Source of the DNA: Prorocentrum cordatum | Taxonomy: Eukaryota | Length of the DNA stretch: 64,000 nucleotides | Direction of reading: 5' to 3' | NCBI GenBank assembly: GCA_963575745.1 | Contig: CAUYUJ010000273.1 | Span: 1 to 64,000 of the forward strand | Shown here: in pieces, positions 48,286-61,049 of the stretch | Layout: each line of letters opens with the position of its first letter | How positions within the stretch are numbered: the first letter of the stretch is position 1 | Position numbers and translations under genes: made by a program | The notes under the pieces: model-generated | Seen by the model: only the letters and a program-made list of their open reading frames with translations | What the model was told of the DNA's origin: nothing | The model's database searches: none

Positions 48286-49693
48286 CATCCTCTTCTCCCT
48301 CTCCCTCCTCCTCCTCCTCCTCCTCCTCCTCCTCCTCATCCTCCTCCTTCTCTTCTCCTCCTCCTCGTCCTCCTCCTCCTCCTCCTGCTCCTACGTCTTG
48401 TCCTCCTCTTCATCCTCCACTCTATACTCCTCCGCGTGTTCCTCCTCCTCTTCCTCGTCCTCCTCGTCCTCCTCCTCCTCACCTCCCCCTCCTCCTGCCT
48501 CTCCACATCCCTCTACGTAGATCTGTGTATACGATAGGTGAGTATACACATAGATGTAATATAGAAAAGCCACTCCCCAAGAGTTACCCAACGGCCTTTC
48601 ACAACGGCTCGAGGAGCACATGTTCCAATAGCTTGGCAAGACTTCGGCCCGACGCTTGGCCACAGATGCGTTCTCGAAAGGCGATGGGCGGTGGTGGTTC
48701 GCCATAGGCGTCTGCGATATGCTCCACTAGCCGAGAATCGTGTCTGAAAGGGCCTGTGGGATACGCGAAGCATCGGTCACTACCCTGATTCACTGGCACG
48801 TCCCTGAGACGTTCAGGCGAGAGCAACTTCAGCGGCACACGAGCTGCAATAACTGGAAAGGGATGGGCCATACGAAACAAGGATTCAAGGAGAGCTTTGA
48901 TGAAAGAAACGCATCCTTGCCTGAATTGGGTTGGCATTCTTTACTCGTGAAGCCGTCACCTTATACTCCCTTGCCCATTGCCCCTTGCCCCTTGAGGACT
49001 AGCACCTTCACCACTTGCGCTTCACCCCACCTGACTCCCAGCGTCCCTTCATCATTCCATCCTTCCTTCCTCCTCCCTCCTCCCCCGTTGCTCGTCTACT
49101 GTCCCACGCCCCTCCCTCCCTGCATAAACCCTCCCCCTGCATCCCCTCCTCCCTCGAAATTCCCATCTCTTCCTCCTCCTGGTCCTCCTTCTCCTCCTCC
49201 TCCTCCTCCTTCTCCTCCTCCTCCTCCTCCTCCTCCTCCTCCTCCTCCTCCTCGTCTCCCTCCTCCATCCGTCCTCCATCCGCCATCCTCTCTCATCCTC
49301 CCCGTGCGCATTGTCCTCCTCCTGATTCGTCCTCATCCCCCTCCCCCATCCTGCCCTCACCACTCCCCCGACGGCCTCACCCCCCTCCCATTCCCCGTCG
49401 CCCCCGGAGGAGGAGGAGGAGGCGGAGGAGGAGGAGGGGGAGGAGGAGGAGGAGGATGAGGAGGAGGAGGAGAAGGAGGAGGAGGAGGAGGAGGAGGAAG
49501 ACGAAGAGGAAGAAGAAGAGGAGGAGGAGGAGGAGGAGGAGGGAGGAGAGAGGAGGGAGGAGGGAGGCCCCCCCCTCCCCCCACCGCGGCACCGCCACGA
49601 CGGCGGCGGCGGCGGCGGCGGCGAGGGGACGCCACCGACAACGACAGGGGCGGCGACGGCGCCGACGACGACGCCCGCTGGCCGCTGGGCCGC

Positions 49694-49780
49694 CTCCAAC
49701 ACACGCCTGGCGTCGTCGAGGGCCCCCTCGGCGGGCCGGGCGGCAGGGCGGCCGAAGGCAGCGGGGAAGAGAGCGAAGGC
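49694..49780 (-). CDS. Candidate exon (AFALFPAAFGRPAARPAEGALDDARRVLE)
   Basis: cag|G acceptor and GAG|gc donor, 87 nt, high GC3. Confidence 0.4.
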
Positions 49781-49908
49781 CTGTCGGTCCGTCGCCTCGG
49801 CCGGCGTCCTCCTTCTCCTCCTCCTCCTCCCTCCTCCTCCCCCTCCTCCTCCTCCTCCTCCTCCTCCTCCTCCTCCTCCTCCTCCTGCTCCTGCTCCTCC
49901 TCCTCCTC

Positions 49909-50008
49909 NNNNNNNNNNNNNNNNNNNNNNNNNNNNNNNNNNNNNNNNNNNNNNNNNNNNNNNNNNNNNNNNNNNNNNNNNNNNNNNNNNNNNNNNNNNN
50001 NNNNNNNN
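49909..50008. other. Assembly gap (100 N)
   Basis: Run of n. Confidence 1.
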
Positions 50009-50404
50009 GGACGCGCCCGCGCTGCCGAACGGGGAGCGGCCAGGGGGTGAGGGGGGGGGGGGGCGGCGGCGGGCGCCTGCGCATCGCGGATCCGCCGCAA
50101 ACAGGCGGAGACCCGCTCCTGCGCGCCGCGGTCGGCGGGGGGGGGGGGCGGAGAACGGAGAGCGAGAGAGGAGGGATGGAGGGGGAGGGGGCAGGGAGCG
50201 ATGGAGGGAAAGAGGGAGGGATGAGAGGGAGGGGGGTAGGACGAGGGATCGGATCGGATCGGCTGTCCAGGAGGGAAGTGTCAAGCCCTTGCAGGCGAGC
50301 GCCCAGCCCATTTAGGCCGAGCGGCCGATGAGGATGATGGAGGGAGTAGAAAGCTGTCGGAGGGCCTTGGAGGCAGGAAGACGCTGGGTGGTGGCAGTCG
50401 GCGC

Positions 50405-50455
50405 CTTCAGGTAGGTCTGCAGGTCAGGGATGTGGCTTAGTTGTTTGGGGTGGGC
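50405..50455 (-). CDS. Candidate exon (AHPKQLSHIPDLQTYLK)
   Basis: cag|G acceptor and AAG|gc donor, 51 nt. Confidence 0.4.
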
Positions 50456-50549
50456 CTGCTCTCTGGATGCCGCCCTGGGGTTCTGGGCAACTTTTCGCTG
50501 GAACTCAAGGAAGAACAGCTGCCCACAGAAGTCCCGTACATCGAAATAT

Positions 50550-51030
50550 GTATCGGCTCCCTCCTGAAACTCGCGTGCAAGTCGGAACAAATACGGACTG
50601 CCTGTACAAATCAGAACAAGTACCGGCAGCACCATGACCTCGCGTGTGTAAGTCGGAAGATGTACCGGTTGCCCCAGGAGCCCGCGTGTGTAAATCGAAA
50701 AGAATACCCGCTCCCCACGGAGCTCGCATGTGTGAATCGGCATGATAACCGGCTCCCCCCGGAGCTCGCGCGTGTAAATCAGAACAGGTACTGGCTCCCC
50801 CCGGAATTCGCGTGTGTAACTCGGAATAAGCACCGGCTGCCCTCGGAGCTCGCGTGCTCCCCCCAAAGCTCATTTCGTTCGGAATAATAACCTGCTCCCC
50901 CCAGAACTCTCGTACATCAGATTAAGTACTGGCTCCCCCAAGAGCTCACGTGTGTAAATTGGAAGAAGTGCCGGCCCCCCCCCCAAAGCTCGCATGTGCA
51001 AATTGGAACCAGTAGCGGCTGCTCCCTGAA
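50550..51030. repeat. Tandem minisatellite, 42-bp unit, ~11 diverged copies
   Basis: GGCTCCCCCCGGAGCTCGCGTGTGTAAATCGGAACAAGTACC-like units at 50751, 50793, 50835 etc. Confidence 0.9.
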
Positions 51031-51300
51031 GGTGGCGAAAGAGCTGGGAACTCTTCCGCTGTAGGCGAGACGTTCCGATCTGCAAGCTCACTCTCCCGAC
51101 GGAGGGGGGAGGGTGCAGAATCGCAGCCTCGCGCAGGCCCCAGAAAACAAACAAATTGTGACGGTACTGTGGCACCCCTCCCTGCGGCTGGCTTCCCTGG
51201 CCGGGGGGGCCGTAGAGAGGGCATCGGCCCCCGCGTGTGCCTCTTGACGGCAAGGTGTATTTGTGCATTGGTGGGAGAGGGCGACCCAATCAGCCCCTAT

Positions 51301-51454
51301 TGAACGGGCCCAAGGACACACAAATAAATACACACAAATAAAAAGACTTTCCCATAGTTTCTGGGTTTCTATCTTCCCCCCCATTTCCCATATTTTCCCA
51401 TGTTTTCGGGGGAATCGAGGATGATTTGTGTCTGTGTGTGTTTTCCTCTCCTGA
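51301..51454 (+). mobile_element. Family A element, perfect 5-bp TSD CCTAT
   Basis: CCTAT at 51296-51300 and 51455-51459. Confidence 0.85.
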
Positions 51455-51767
51455 CCTATGATGGCAGCCGCGAGGGCTGTGAGGCCTATGATGGTCACCA
51501 CTGGCGAGGCCTGTGGTGGTCCCAACCGGGGAATGGGGGCAGAAGGCAGAGTGTCGTCGCCAGAGCGTCGACGCCGCGAGGGGATTGAGGAAGGAAGAGA
51601 GAAAGGAGGGAGGGAGGGAGGGAGGGAGGGAGGGAGGGAGGGAGGGAGGGAGGTGGGCGAGGACTGCGGAGCCGAAGAACCTCAGTGCGCAAGCACACCG
51701 AGGCCCTGCAGCCCAGCGGCCCAGCTCTCCTGGGCCGCACTGGTGCTTCTCATGGGCCAAATCTTTG

Positions 51768-52005
51768 TGGGCCCCGGAAACGGCAGGGCCGTTTTTTCAC
51801 CGCTTCCAGCAAAATGCCCCTTGGAAATGGAAACGGTCAAAAAAACGGCGACCGGAAACGGCAAAAAAACGGCTCCAGGATTGGAACCGGAGCGGGAACC
51901 GGTCACAAAACGGCGACGGAACCGGTAACAAAAAGGCGTCGGAACCTGCAAAAAAACGGCAGAACGGAACCGGTAAAAAAACGGCCCTGTCGTTTCCAGG
52001 GCCCA
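51768..52005. mobile_element. Family M MITE
   Basis: TGGGCCCCGGAAACGGCAGGGCCGTTTTTT...AAAAAACGGCCCTGTCGTTTCCAGGGCCCA. Confidence 0.8.
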
Positions 52006-52090
52006 CTAAGGGCCAGATCGTTGGTCCGCATACCTCGCCTCGGTCCTCCCTCCCAGCCAGACGGAGGCAGGACGAGGGCTTGGGACGACG

Positions 52091-52204
<114 letters not shown>

Positions 52205-52220
52205 CAGGGTGTCCCTCCCA

Positions 52221-52421
52221 TGATGAGCCTGTTTTCCACCACCACCACCATAAGTTGGAGGGGGGAAGGAGGAGGAGGGCGAGGAGGAAGAGGACAACGA
52301 GGAGGAGGGGGAGGAGGAGGGGGAGGAGGGGGGAGGAGGAGGAGGGGGAGGAGGAGGAGGAGGAGGAGGGAGGACCCCCCCCTCCAACTTATGGTGGTGG
52401 TGGTGGAACACGCGCCCATCA
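52221..52421. mobile_element. Family B MITE with (GGA)n core
   Basis: ~45-bp TIRs; flanks TCCCA/CCCCA (4/5 match). Confidence 0.85.
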
Positions 52422-53049
52422 CCCCAGGGTGTCCCCCCAGGCCCCAGGGGGACAGGTGCAGATGGTCAGGCTCTCTCCGAGCAGGAAGGCCTGGAGGATA
52501 TGCGTCGGGCGCCACGGCCGTGGCAGGGCGCCCCAGAACGCTCTGAGAGCAGTGTTCCTCATCCTCGGCCAGGAGGAGGAGGAGGAGAAGGAGGAGGAGG
52601 AGGAGGAGGAGGAGGAGGAGGACAGGCAAGAGTGAGCTCAGGTGCTCGGCTTCGGGGAAGCGCCAGAGGGGGGGGGGCAGGCAAAATCGGGCGCGCGAGC
52701 CGCTGCCATCGCGGCGCTGTGGTCGGGGGGGACCGCAGTGAGCCCGCACCCAAAGGGCACTCCGCACGCCAACGAAGGGCCATCCTTACGTGTGCACACC
52801 AGTCGTGAGGAGTGGATAGAGACATGAAGGAGGAAGGCGCTGAAAGCACCTTGGGCTTCCGCCCGCGATTTGAAGAGGATGGACTCAAGCCATTGATCCT
52901 GTTGAATTAGGACGGCGCCTAACGCAGATTGATTTCTGGGAATCCGTCTTGAGGGATCCAAAGACCCGGTGAGGAACTTGAGTCAAACTTATTTTTCTGA
53001 CGCGCGTGCAACATGTTCCCTTTGTGCCTGGCTGCAACCACTATCCCCT

Positions 53050-53660
53050 GCACGTCCTCGGTGCCGTGGGCACGTGAAAAGAATGCCCCGCACGCACGCG
53101 CCGAGCGCCTGTTGGGTCCCCCCCCCCACCGCGCACGCATCTTCACGCGCAAAGAAGCCGACGCTCCCAAAGTGGGTCCCCCCCTGGGGGCCGTGGACAT
53201 GGCCCGCGCGCAGGCGCCAGGCGCATGTTGGGTCCCCCCCTCCGCGCACGCATCTTCACGCGTAAAGAATCCAGCGCGCCCAAGCTGGCTTCCTCACTGG
53301 CGCCCGTGGACACGTGAAAACACGTGCCCCGCGCGCGCGCCAGGCGCATGTTGGGTCCCCCCCCTCCGCGCAAACAGTTTCATGCGTAAAGGATACGATG
53401 CGCCCAGGTTGGGACTTGCCCATAGAGCCTGTGGACGCGTGAAAATGCATGCCCTGCGCGCACGCGCCAGGCGCATGTTGGTTCGCCCTCTCCGCGCACG
53501 TATCTGCACGTGTCAAGGGTCTGGAGGGCCCGAACTGGGTCCCTCGCCTGCCGCGCCGTCGTAGCCAGAAGCATGTGAGAACACTGACCGAACGCACGCG
53601 TGCTGAGACCCATGTTGACCCCCCCCCTCCGCACACGTATGTTTTCACGTGTCCAATTCC
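53050..53660. repeat. Tandem array, ~120-bp unit, ~5 diverged copies
   Basis: CGCGCCAGGCGCATGTTGGGTCCCCCC-like word recurs near 53100, 53215, 53338 and 53463. Confidence 0.85.
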
Positions 53661-53740
53661 GGCGCCTGCTGCCCGACATCCTTCTGGTGGTGGGCCTTTG
53701 GCTAGCAAATTGAAATAGAACAACCCTGGGCCGGAGCCCT

Positions 53741-53922
53741 TACAGTCAACCCGTAGAACAAGGACGCACGATGAGTATGTCAGGGCCCTGGAAGGCCACG
53801 TCGACGCATTGCGAGCGGGGCGCGGCCAGCGAACGCGGCCAAGGATAGAGGGCTGGGCTGAAGGGGAAGGATACAGGGACATCTGAGAAAATTGCTCATC
53901 CTTACTACTCGGGTTGACTGTA
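53741..53922 (+). mobile_element. Family J MITE, Tc1/mariner-type ends
   Basis: TA-CAGTCAACCCG...CGGGTTGACTG-TA. Confidence 0.85.
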
Positions 53923-54138
53923 CCGGGGGCTGATTTTCCACCACCACCACCACTACAATGGGTGGGAGAGGGAGGAGGGGGAGGAGGAGGAGGAGGAGGA
54001 GGAGGAGGAGGAGGAGGAGGAGGAGGAGGAGGAGGAGGAGGAGCAGCAGGAGAAGGAGCAGGAGGAGGGGGACCTTGTGATCCTCCCTTCTCCCCCGTCC
54101 TACCTATGGTAGTGGTGGTGGAGAGAAGTGGCCCACCA
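53923..54138. mobile_element. Diverged family B MITE with (GGA)n core
   Basis: TTTTCCACCACCACC...GGTAGTGGTGGTGGAGAGAAGTGGCCCACCA; TSD not recognisable. Confidence 0.6.
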
Positions 54139-55780
54139 AAACGTACCTACTGTCAACTGGGACGCACAGAGGCATACTAATACTATGTCCTCCTTGGAGG
54201 CGCGCGTCTGGCCCGAACATATCGTCTACCCATCCTGTAGCACATCAGTTCCCGAGCGGTGTGGCCAGAAAGCGCCCGCCACGACGCATGTACTAGAAGA
54301 TTCCTCGGTGCGCGCGTCGCCCCTTGGGGGGGCGAGACGCACACATCGTAAAGTACATGTTGGGGTGACGCCGATCAACGACCGATGGGCACTTCCTGCC
54401 CGAGCGTGGCCACGAGAGCGCGCAGCGAGAGCGCCAGCAACGCACGGCCAACGGCCTCAGGCCCTGCGGAGAAGCGGCCCCCAGCGGAGAACACGCCAGG
54501 GGAGTCTCGAAGGCCAGGGCTGCTCATTAGCGGGCAAAGAATCCACCCCCACAATTTATCCTCCTGCGCCTTCTCCTCCACCTCCGCCTCCTCCTCATCA
54601 TCATCATTCTCCTCCTCCGCCCTCCTCCTCCTCCTCCCCCACCTCCTCCTCCACAAAAAATCCACCCCCACAAGAACCACCCCGACAAGCAAGGCCGTTC
54701 AGCAAACGAACCCAGAAAAGAAATCGAACAAGGTAGGGCTTTTCAGTAAACGCCCAGGGCCGTTTAGCAAACGCCAATTATCGGGTCTGGGTGGTTTTAT
54801 CCTCCCTTGACTCTTCACCCCCGCGCCAGATTTGGCGGCGCGCAGAAGGGGGGTCAGGGGGAGGGGGAAAGGCTTCTTAGAAGCACCCCTGCTTCTCGGA
54901 AGGCGCTCGCCCACATCCGTAGACGAGGCCCGCGCCTTCTAAGCAGCAGGGGCGCTTCCAAGAATCCTACCCCCTAACACCTGACCCCCCCCCTGCGAGT
55001 AGCCGATCGGGGATCTTCTGACCCAGGTCAATCCAAACCCTGGTCAGTCGCCCTGCGGAATCCTGCAAGATCCTGCGCCCAGACCCGGGTCCATGCGAAC
55101 GATCCTGCGGGGTCCTGCAGGATCCTGCACCCAGACCCGGGGCAGTGCGCCCCTGGCCCTGCAGGATGCTGCAAGATCCGGCGCTCTGGCTGACCCCCGT
55201 TTGCACTGACCACCGTCCTGGCCATCGCTCGGACGTCCATTTCCTGTGTGTGTTTTCGGTTTCGTGCGTAGTCTTTTCGCCAAGTGGTCGAGGATGCTCC
55301 TCGAAGGTCCTCGCCGAGGAAAAAATGCACACGTCCGAGCGATGCCAGGGTGCTGTCGATGCCCGGCCCAGGCTCGGACACCGAGGCCGAGGAGAGCACA
55401 GGTGTCGGGCGGAGGCCCCGGCAAGACTCCGCGGGCGGCCAGGCGGGCGGGCGGCTCCGCCGGCCGCGCCGAAGCGGGCGCGCGCAGTGCGCGCGCGCTG
55501 CTGCGGACGAGAAATAAAAGATACACACCAAATGCTCCAACTAAAATGCCCACTATCGTCCCCAGACGATTCCTTGACTATGTTTATTCCTTGACTATTC
55601 CTTTGACCATCGTCCCAGACAGATGAGTACCAAAAAACATCGTCCCCAGACTATCTCTTGACTATGTTTGATTATTCCCCCATGTAGGGGGGCAGGCCCG
55701 ACTGAAAGCTATATGAATCTGGAGCAGGGGTGCCCGACCCCGCCCACTCCCTCTCGGGCGCTGCTTCAGTGGGGGGGCGA

Positions 55781-55958
55781 TGCAGTCAACCCGTGCAGTG
55801 CTAAGGACGCGCGACAAGGGATGCCGAGGCCCTGGAAGGCCACGCTGACGCTTGCCGAACGGGGCCGGCCAGCGAAAGCGGCCCAGGATGGGCCTCAGGG
55901 GAGGGATGCAGGGGCAACCTGGGAAAGTCACTCGTCCTTCCTTTGCGGGTTGACTGCA
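55781..55958 (+). mobile_element. Family J MITE
   Basis: TGCAGTCAACCCG...CGGGTTGACTGCA; homologous to 53741. Confidence 0.8.
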
Positions 55959-56469
55959 GACAGGGGGAGGTCGGGGAGAGAGGTGCACCTTCCGTACACC
56001 TGCGGGGCCCAGGGGGGGGGGGAGCCCTTTCGGACCCGCTTCCCGCAGCCCTCGATCCCCGACCCCTGCAACCTTCCCCTGCAATCTCCCCCGCACCTGC
56101 GGTCGTCTCTCCCCCCCCCCCGATCCCCTCGCCCCGAATCCCCCCTCAGGACCAGCTTCTTTCTCGCCCCGAATCCCCGAATCCCCTCGCCCCGAATCCC
56201 CTCGCCCCGAATCCCCTAGCCCCGAATCCCCCCTTAGGACCCGCTTCCTGCAATTTTCGCATCGGGGGCCCTCCCATTACGACACGCACGGCCCCTCCCC
56301 CCCGGGGTAGCCGCGGCCTCCGGGCCGCCCTCCATCGCCGCTGGCGCGGCGGCGCCGCCTCGAGGGGCCGGGCGGGGCTGGCCCGCGCCAGGGGCAGAGA
56401 GGTTGAAGCGAGAGGGGGGGCTCCTCCCCTCCTCCCTTGTACGTTCGGCAAACATCAATGACGGGGATC

Positions 56470-57390
<921 letters not shown>

Positions 57391-57674
57391 CCTTCTCCTC
57401 CTCACTATCTCCGCCTCCTCCTCCTCCTCCTCCTCCTTCTCCTCCTCCTCCTCCTCCCCCTCCTGGTCGTCGTCGATGTCTTTCAGGGTCGGCGGCACCG
57501 GCCGTCAGGCCTTCACAATCGAAACAGTGTCGAACGAGCATCGCCTCCCAGGGCCCTGCACGCGAAAACCCTCCAGTTTCGGTACTTTCTTGGTGCTCGA
57601 ACTTGTTTTTGGTGATCGAGGCTATAAGTAGGTTGGAACATCATAAGCCTCCAGATCCCCCGCACACCACTCCT

Positions 57675-57826
57675 CGAGCAGGGGATCGGCTACAGAATCG
57701 GCGCACCCAAGACTTGTCTTTTCGCCGAATACCTACATAACACTCTGCGTATGCTTCGTGGCTGATCATCGCGAAAAATAGATTCCGGGGTAGATCGGTT
57801 CTGATGTCGACCCCCTGCTCGAAGTC
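57675..57826. mobile_element. TIR-bounded short element
   Basis: TCGAGCAGGGGATCGGCTACAGAATCG...CGGTTCTGATGTCGACCCCCTGCTCGA. Confidence 0.6.
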
Positions 57827-60753
57827 CAATCCCCGGACCCCGGCGCCAGGCCTCCGAGCGACCCCCACCCCATGACCTCCCGCAGAAAAAACCTCGGTCA
57901 AGCGAGCCGAGTCGGCTCTCGCCCGAGATCGGGGGCCCGCGCCGTGGGGCGCCCAAGCAGCCCAGGACCCGGCGGGAAGGAGATGGGCGCCGCGAAGCAG
58001 CTGCGGCGCGGGCTGCACCCCACCGCGCGGCCGACCTCTTCGAGCACCAGCCTTACGCACTCCTGGGCGGACTCCTCCCGCCCCCACCCTGGCCGTGATC
58101 GAGAGCCCGAAGTTCGCTGTCGCGAGGTTCGCTATCCGCCACGGGCTGGTGGGCGAAGCCCTCTCTCCGCTGGGGTCTATATCGCATAGGTCCTGATGGG
58201 CCCTGGGACCCACGCCTTGCGATGTCTGCACTCCTTCCCGGCCTGTCGTCGCGCCCTGGCCACCCCGCAGAGCACCGGGCCGCGCAGCACAGAGGCCGTG
58301 CGCCAGCCCTTGGCACGGCGCCTACGCAGTCGGGGTCAGCCAAGGGGGGGGCGTCGGAGAGGGGAGGGGGGCGCAGATCATGGCGAGCGTCACGTGCGCG
58401 GCCCAGCGGTGGGCCAGGGAACGCATCGAGATGAGAAGAGGCTCCATGAGATCTGGGGCGATACCACTCTCGAGCGCGAAAGATACCCGTACCCTTACCT
58501 AGACAGGGTGGCAAGGGGCCGGGGGGGCGGTTCGTCGCAGCTGACGGCGGCTGCACAAGTGTAGAAACGACAGCCGATCGAGCATTACAGACCGCTGTCT
58601 TCTCGGGGCACACGTTAGCACCGATCGCGCGTGCGTTCGAATCGGCGGAGTGCCCGACCCTGGGTTGGTTGTTGTCGATGTAGACCAGCTACTGCGGAGG
58701 CGCGCCCCCAGACACACATCCGGGCGTTGAGGAGTCAACGCGCACTCGGGGGCGCATGCGAACAACTCTGGCGCGAACGTCATTGCGCGACAACCGCCCT
58801 ATCGCGAATTGCTCGATGCAGAGACATCGCGAATCTGTGCCCTGGGCGAGGTCGCCAGAGGACGCCCCCCTTGGACGGCCGTCTGCGGATCGCCCCAGCT
58901 AGGTACGGTTGCCCCATGAAAACCCAAAAAACAAACCCGTACCTAGCCGGGGTGCCGCAGCTCACCCCAACTAGGTCCGGGTATGTTTCGGCGGTTTCAG
59001 GCAGGACCCCGTACCTAGCCGAGGTGGCGGCAAGCCCAAAACGCTCTCGAGCACATATCATGCCCTCCAGAGCCGTCCCCGATGTGGCCGCTGCGGCCCC
59101 CTGGGGGGCGCGACATTGCAACGTCGTTCCTCAGGGCAGGCCCAGACGCATTGGTTGCCAGGATAGCGAGGACATGCATCTCTTTATCGATTGCGGCAGG
59201 CGCCGCCACATATGGGCGGCTTGGAACCGCGCGCGCACCACGATGCCCCGAGACGTCCCTAACAAAAACCAGCGCGTGTCGCTGCAATCAGACACCCAAC
59301 CATCGAGCGCGCCGTTGCGTCTTGACGCGCGGATGCTGCAATGGCGCGCGCGGGGCAATCTGACCGGGCACAATAGCAAGCGCCCAGTCCCCCGGACGGC
59401 CCATCTCACCTTGGCTGGCCCCGGGTACGGGTATCTTTCGGACCAATGAACCATGGCCCCCGCCATGAGATCCACCCCCCCTGGCCATCGCCCCCTCTGC
59501 GCCGCCCCCGACGCAGGCACCGCTGCCGCCACCGAGCCGGGTTTGCGGCGAGGCGCGCGGGCAGAAGAGCGCGACGCGCTATCGGGCCACGACGGCCCGC
59601 AGCGCCAGGCGCGCGCGCGAGGGCGAGCGGCCCGCCCGCGCGCCGCGCAAGAGAGGCCACAACTTCGAGGCGCCCCGTCGACGACGCCACCGCTCCGAGG
59701 CGGCACGCCGCGCGCCGAGCCGCGCAGCGCGACCGGCCACGAAGTGCGCGCGCCCGTGGCGCCCCTGCGCCACCGACCTCCCGCGGAAGAGCAGCTGCCC
59801 ACATGCCATGGCGCCAAAAGCGCGGGATGATCCGCGGCCCCCCAGCGGTGCGGGGGCTGCACCGGGCGGTGCGCTGGCGGGGTTTCGGGGTGGCCACGAG
59901 GCTCGGGGAGGGGGGGCATCTGGGCCGACCTCCGAGCAGGCCTCGGTGTGGTCACGGGCTGTGCGGTGGCCTCGGGACCCCCACAGAGACGCCTCCCCGC
60001 ACGGTCCGGCACCGCGCGGCCGCTGAGGTCCTGAAGGCCCCCGGTCGCCCGATGAGCATCCTCGGAGGGCGACCCGCGCCCCGAAGCCGCGCGGCCCCCC
60101 CGCACCCCCACTGGCTTACCACACGGCGCGGCCGCCGCACCGCTTGGATGGGGCCCCCGAGCAGCTCAGCGTGCCCCTGCGCCGCCCCCCTCGGAGCATC
60201 GAAGAGCCCCCTGGCTGCGACGCGCTCCCCGGGGCGGCGCCGAGGAGCCCGCGCACTCACAGCTCGCGAGCCCTCTGGACCCTCTTGGGCGGCGGCGGCG
60301 GCGGACCTTTTAAGGGGCAGGGGGTTTTCATGATTACGAGGGGCTCGGGGACTGGGAGACACCGCTTGGGGCCCCCAGGTGCGCCATCGTGCCCTCGAAG
60401 GGGGCCGGGGGTTCTCACAAACATCAAGGGTTGGGGGGGCCGATGAGAGCCGACACCTCCGGAGGGCAGGAGGCCCCCCTGAGGCGCCCGAGGCCTCCCT
60501 GGACGCTCGCCCACCCGCAGCGCCACCCCCGACCAACAGGTCCGTGTGGGACCCGGCCTCCCAAAACCCCGACGTCATGATTTTTGTTCATGGCGTCGAC
60601 CCCCAGAGGTCTCGACCCCTTTCCGGGACCGTTTTCCCGTTTCTTGACGGCCCCGAGGCACGGTAAGGGGCCCCCCGAGGCCGCAGATAGCGAAAAACCT
60701 TCCGTCACGATTTGTTCGTGGCTCGAGGGGGTCTGGGCGCATCTCCAAGGGCG

Positions 60754-61049
60754 GCTGGGATGACCGTGGTGGTTTCTACGTGGATAGGGGGGCTACAAGT
60801 GGATGCCAAGGTGGGTTATATCTGGCCGAACCTGGTTTATAAGTGAGTTACAAGTTCTCCGACTGGCTTAAAGGGGTTTGATAACTCCGCTAAGTGGGCG
60901 GAGCCCACTTCGCCTGGATCGTGAACCCCCCTCAGCCACTCGGGGCACTTGTAACCCACTTATAAGCCAACTTCGGCCAGATATAACCCGCCTTGGCATC
61001 CACTTGCAACCCCCCTTATCCACTTAGAAACCCCCACGGTCATCCCAGC
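60754..61049. mobile_element. 296-bp fold-back (whole-length palindromic) element
   Basis: GCTGGGATGACCGTGG...CCACGGTCATCCCAGC; the arms pair, with mismatches, to a centre near 60901. Confidence 0.85.

Noticed and set aside
50550..51030. 42-bp periodic array as CRISPR or a repeat-protein gene
   Set aside because: Head-to-tail diverged minisatellite without spacers; ORFs are open on both strands with no codon bias
57870..60580. Several 200-330-aa overlapping GC-rich ORFs
   Set aside because: Arg/Ala/Pro/Gly-rich in all frames, as expected at very high GC; no recognisable domain or consistent codon bias
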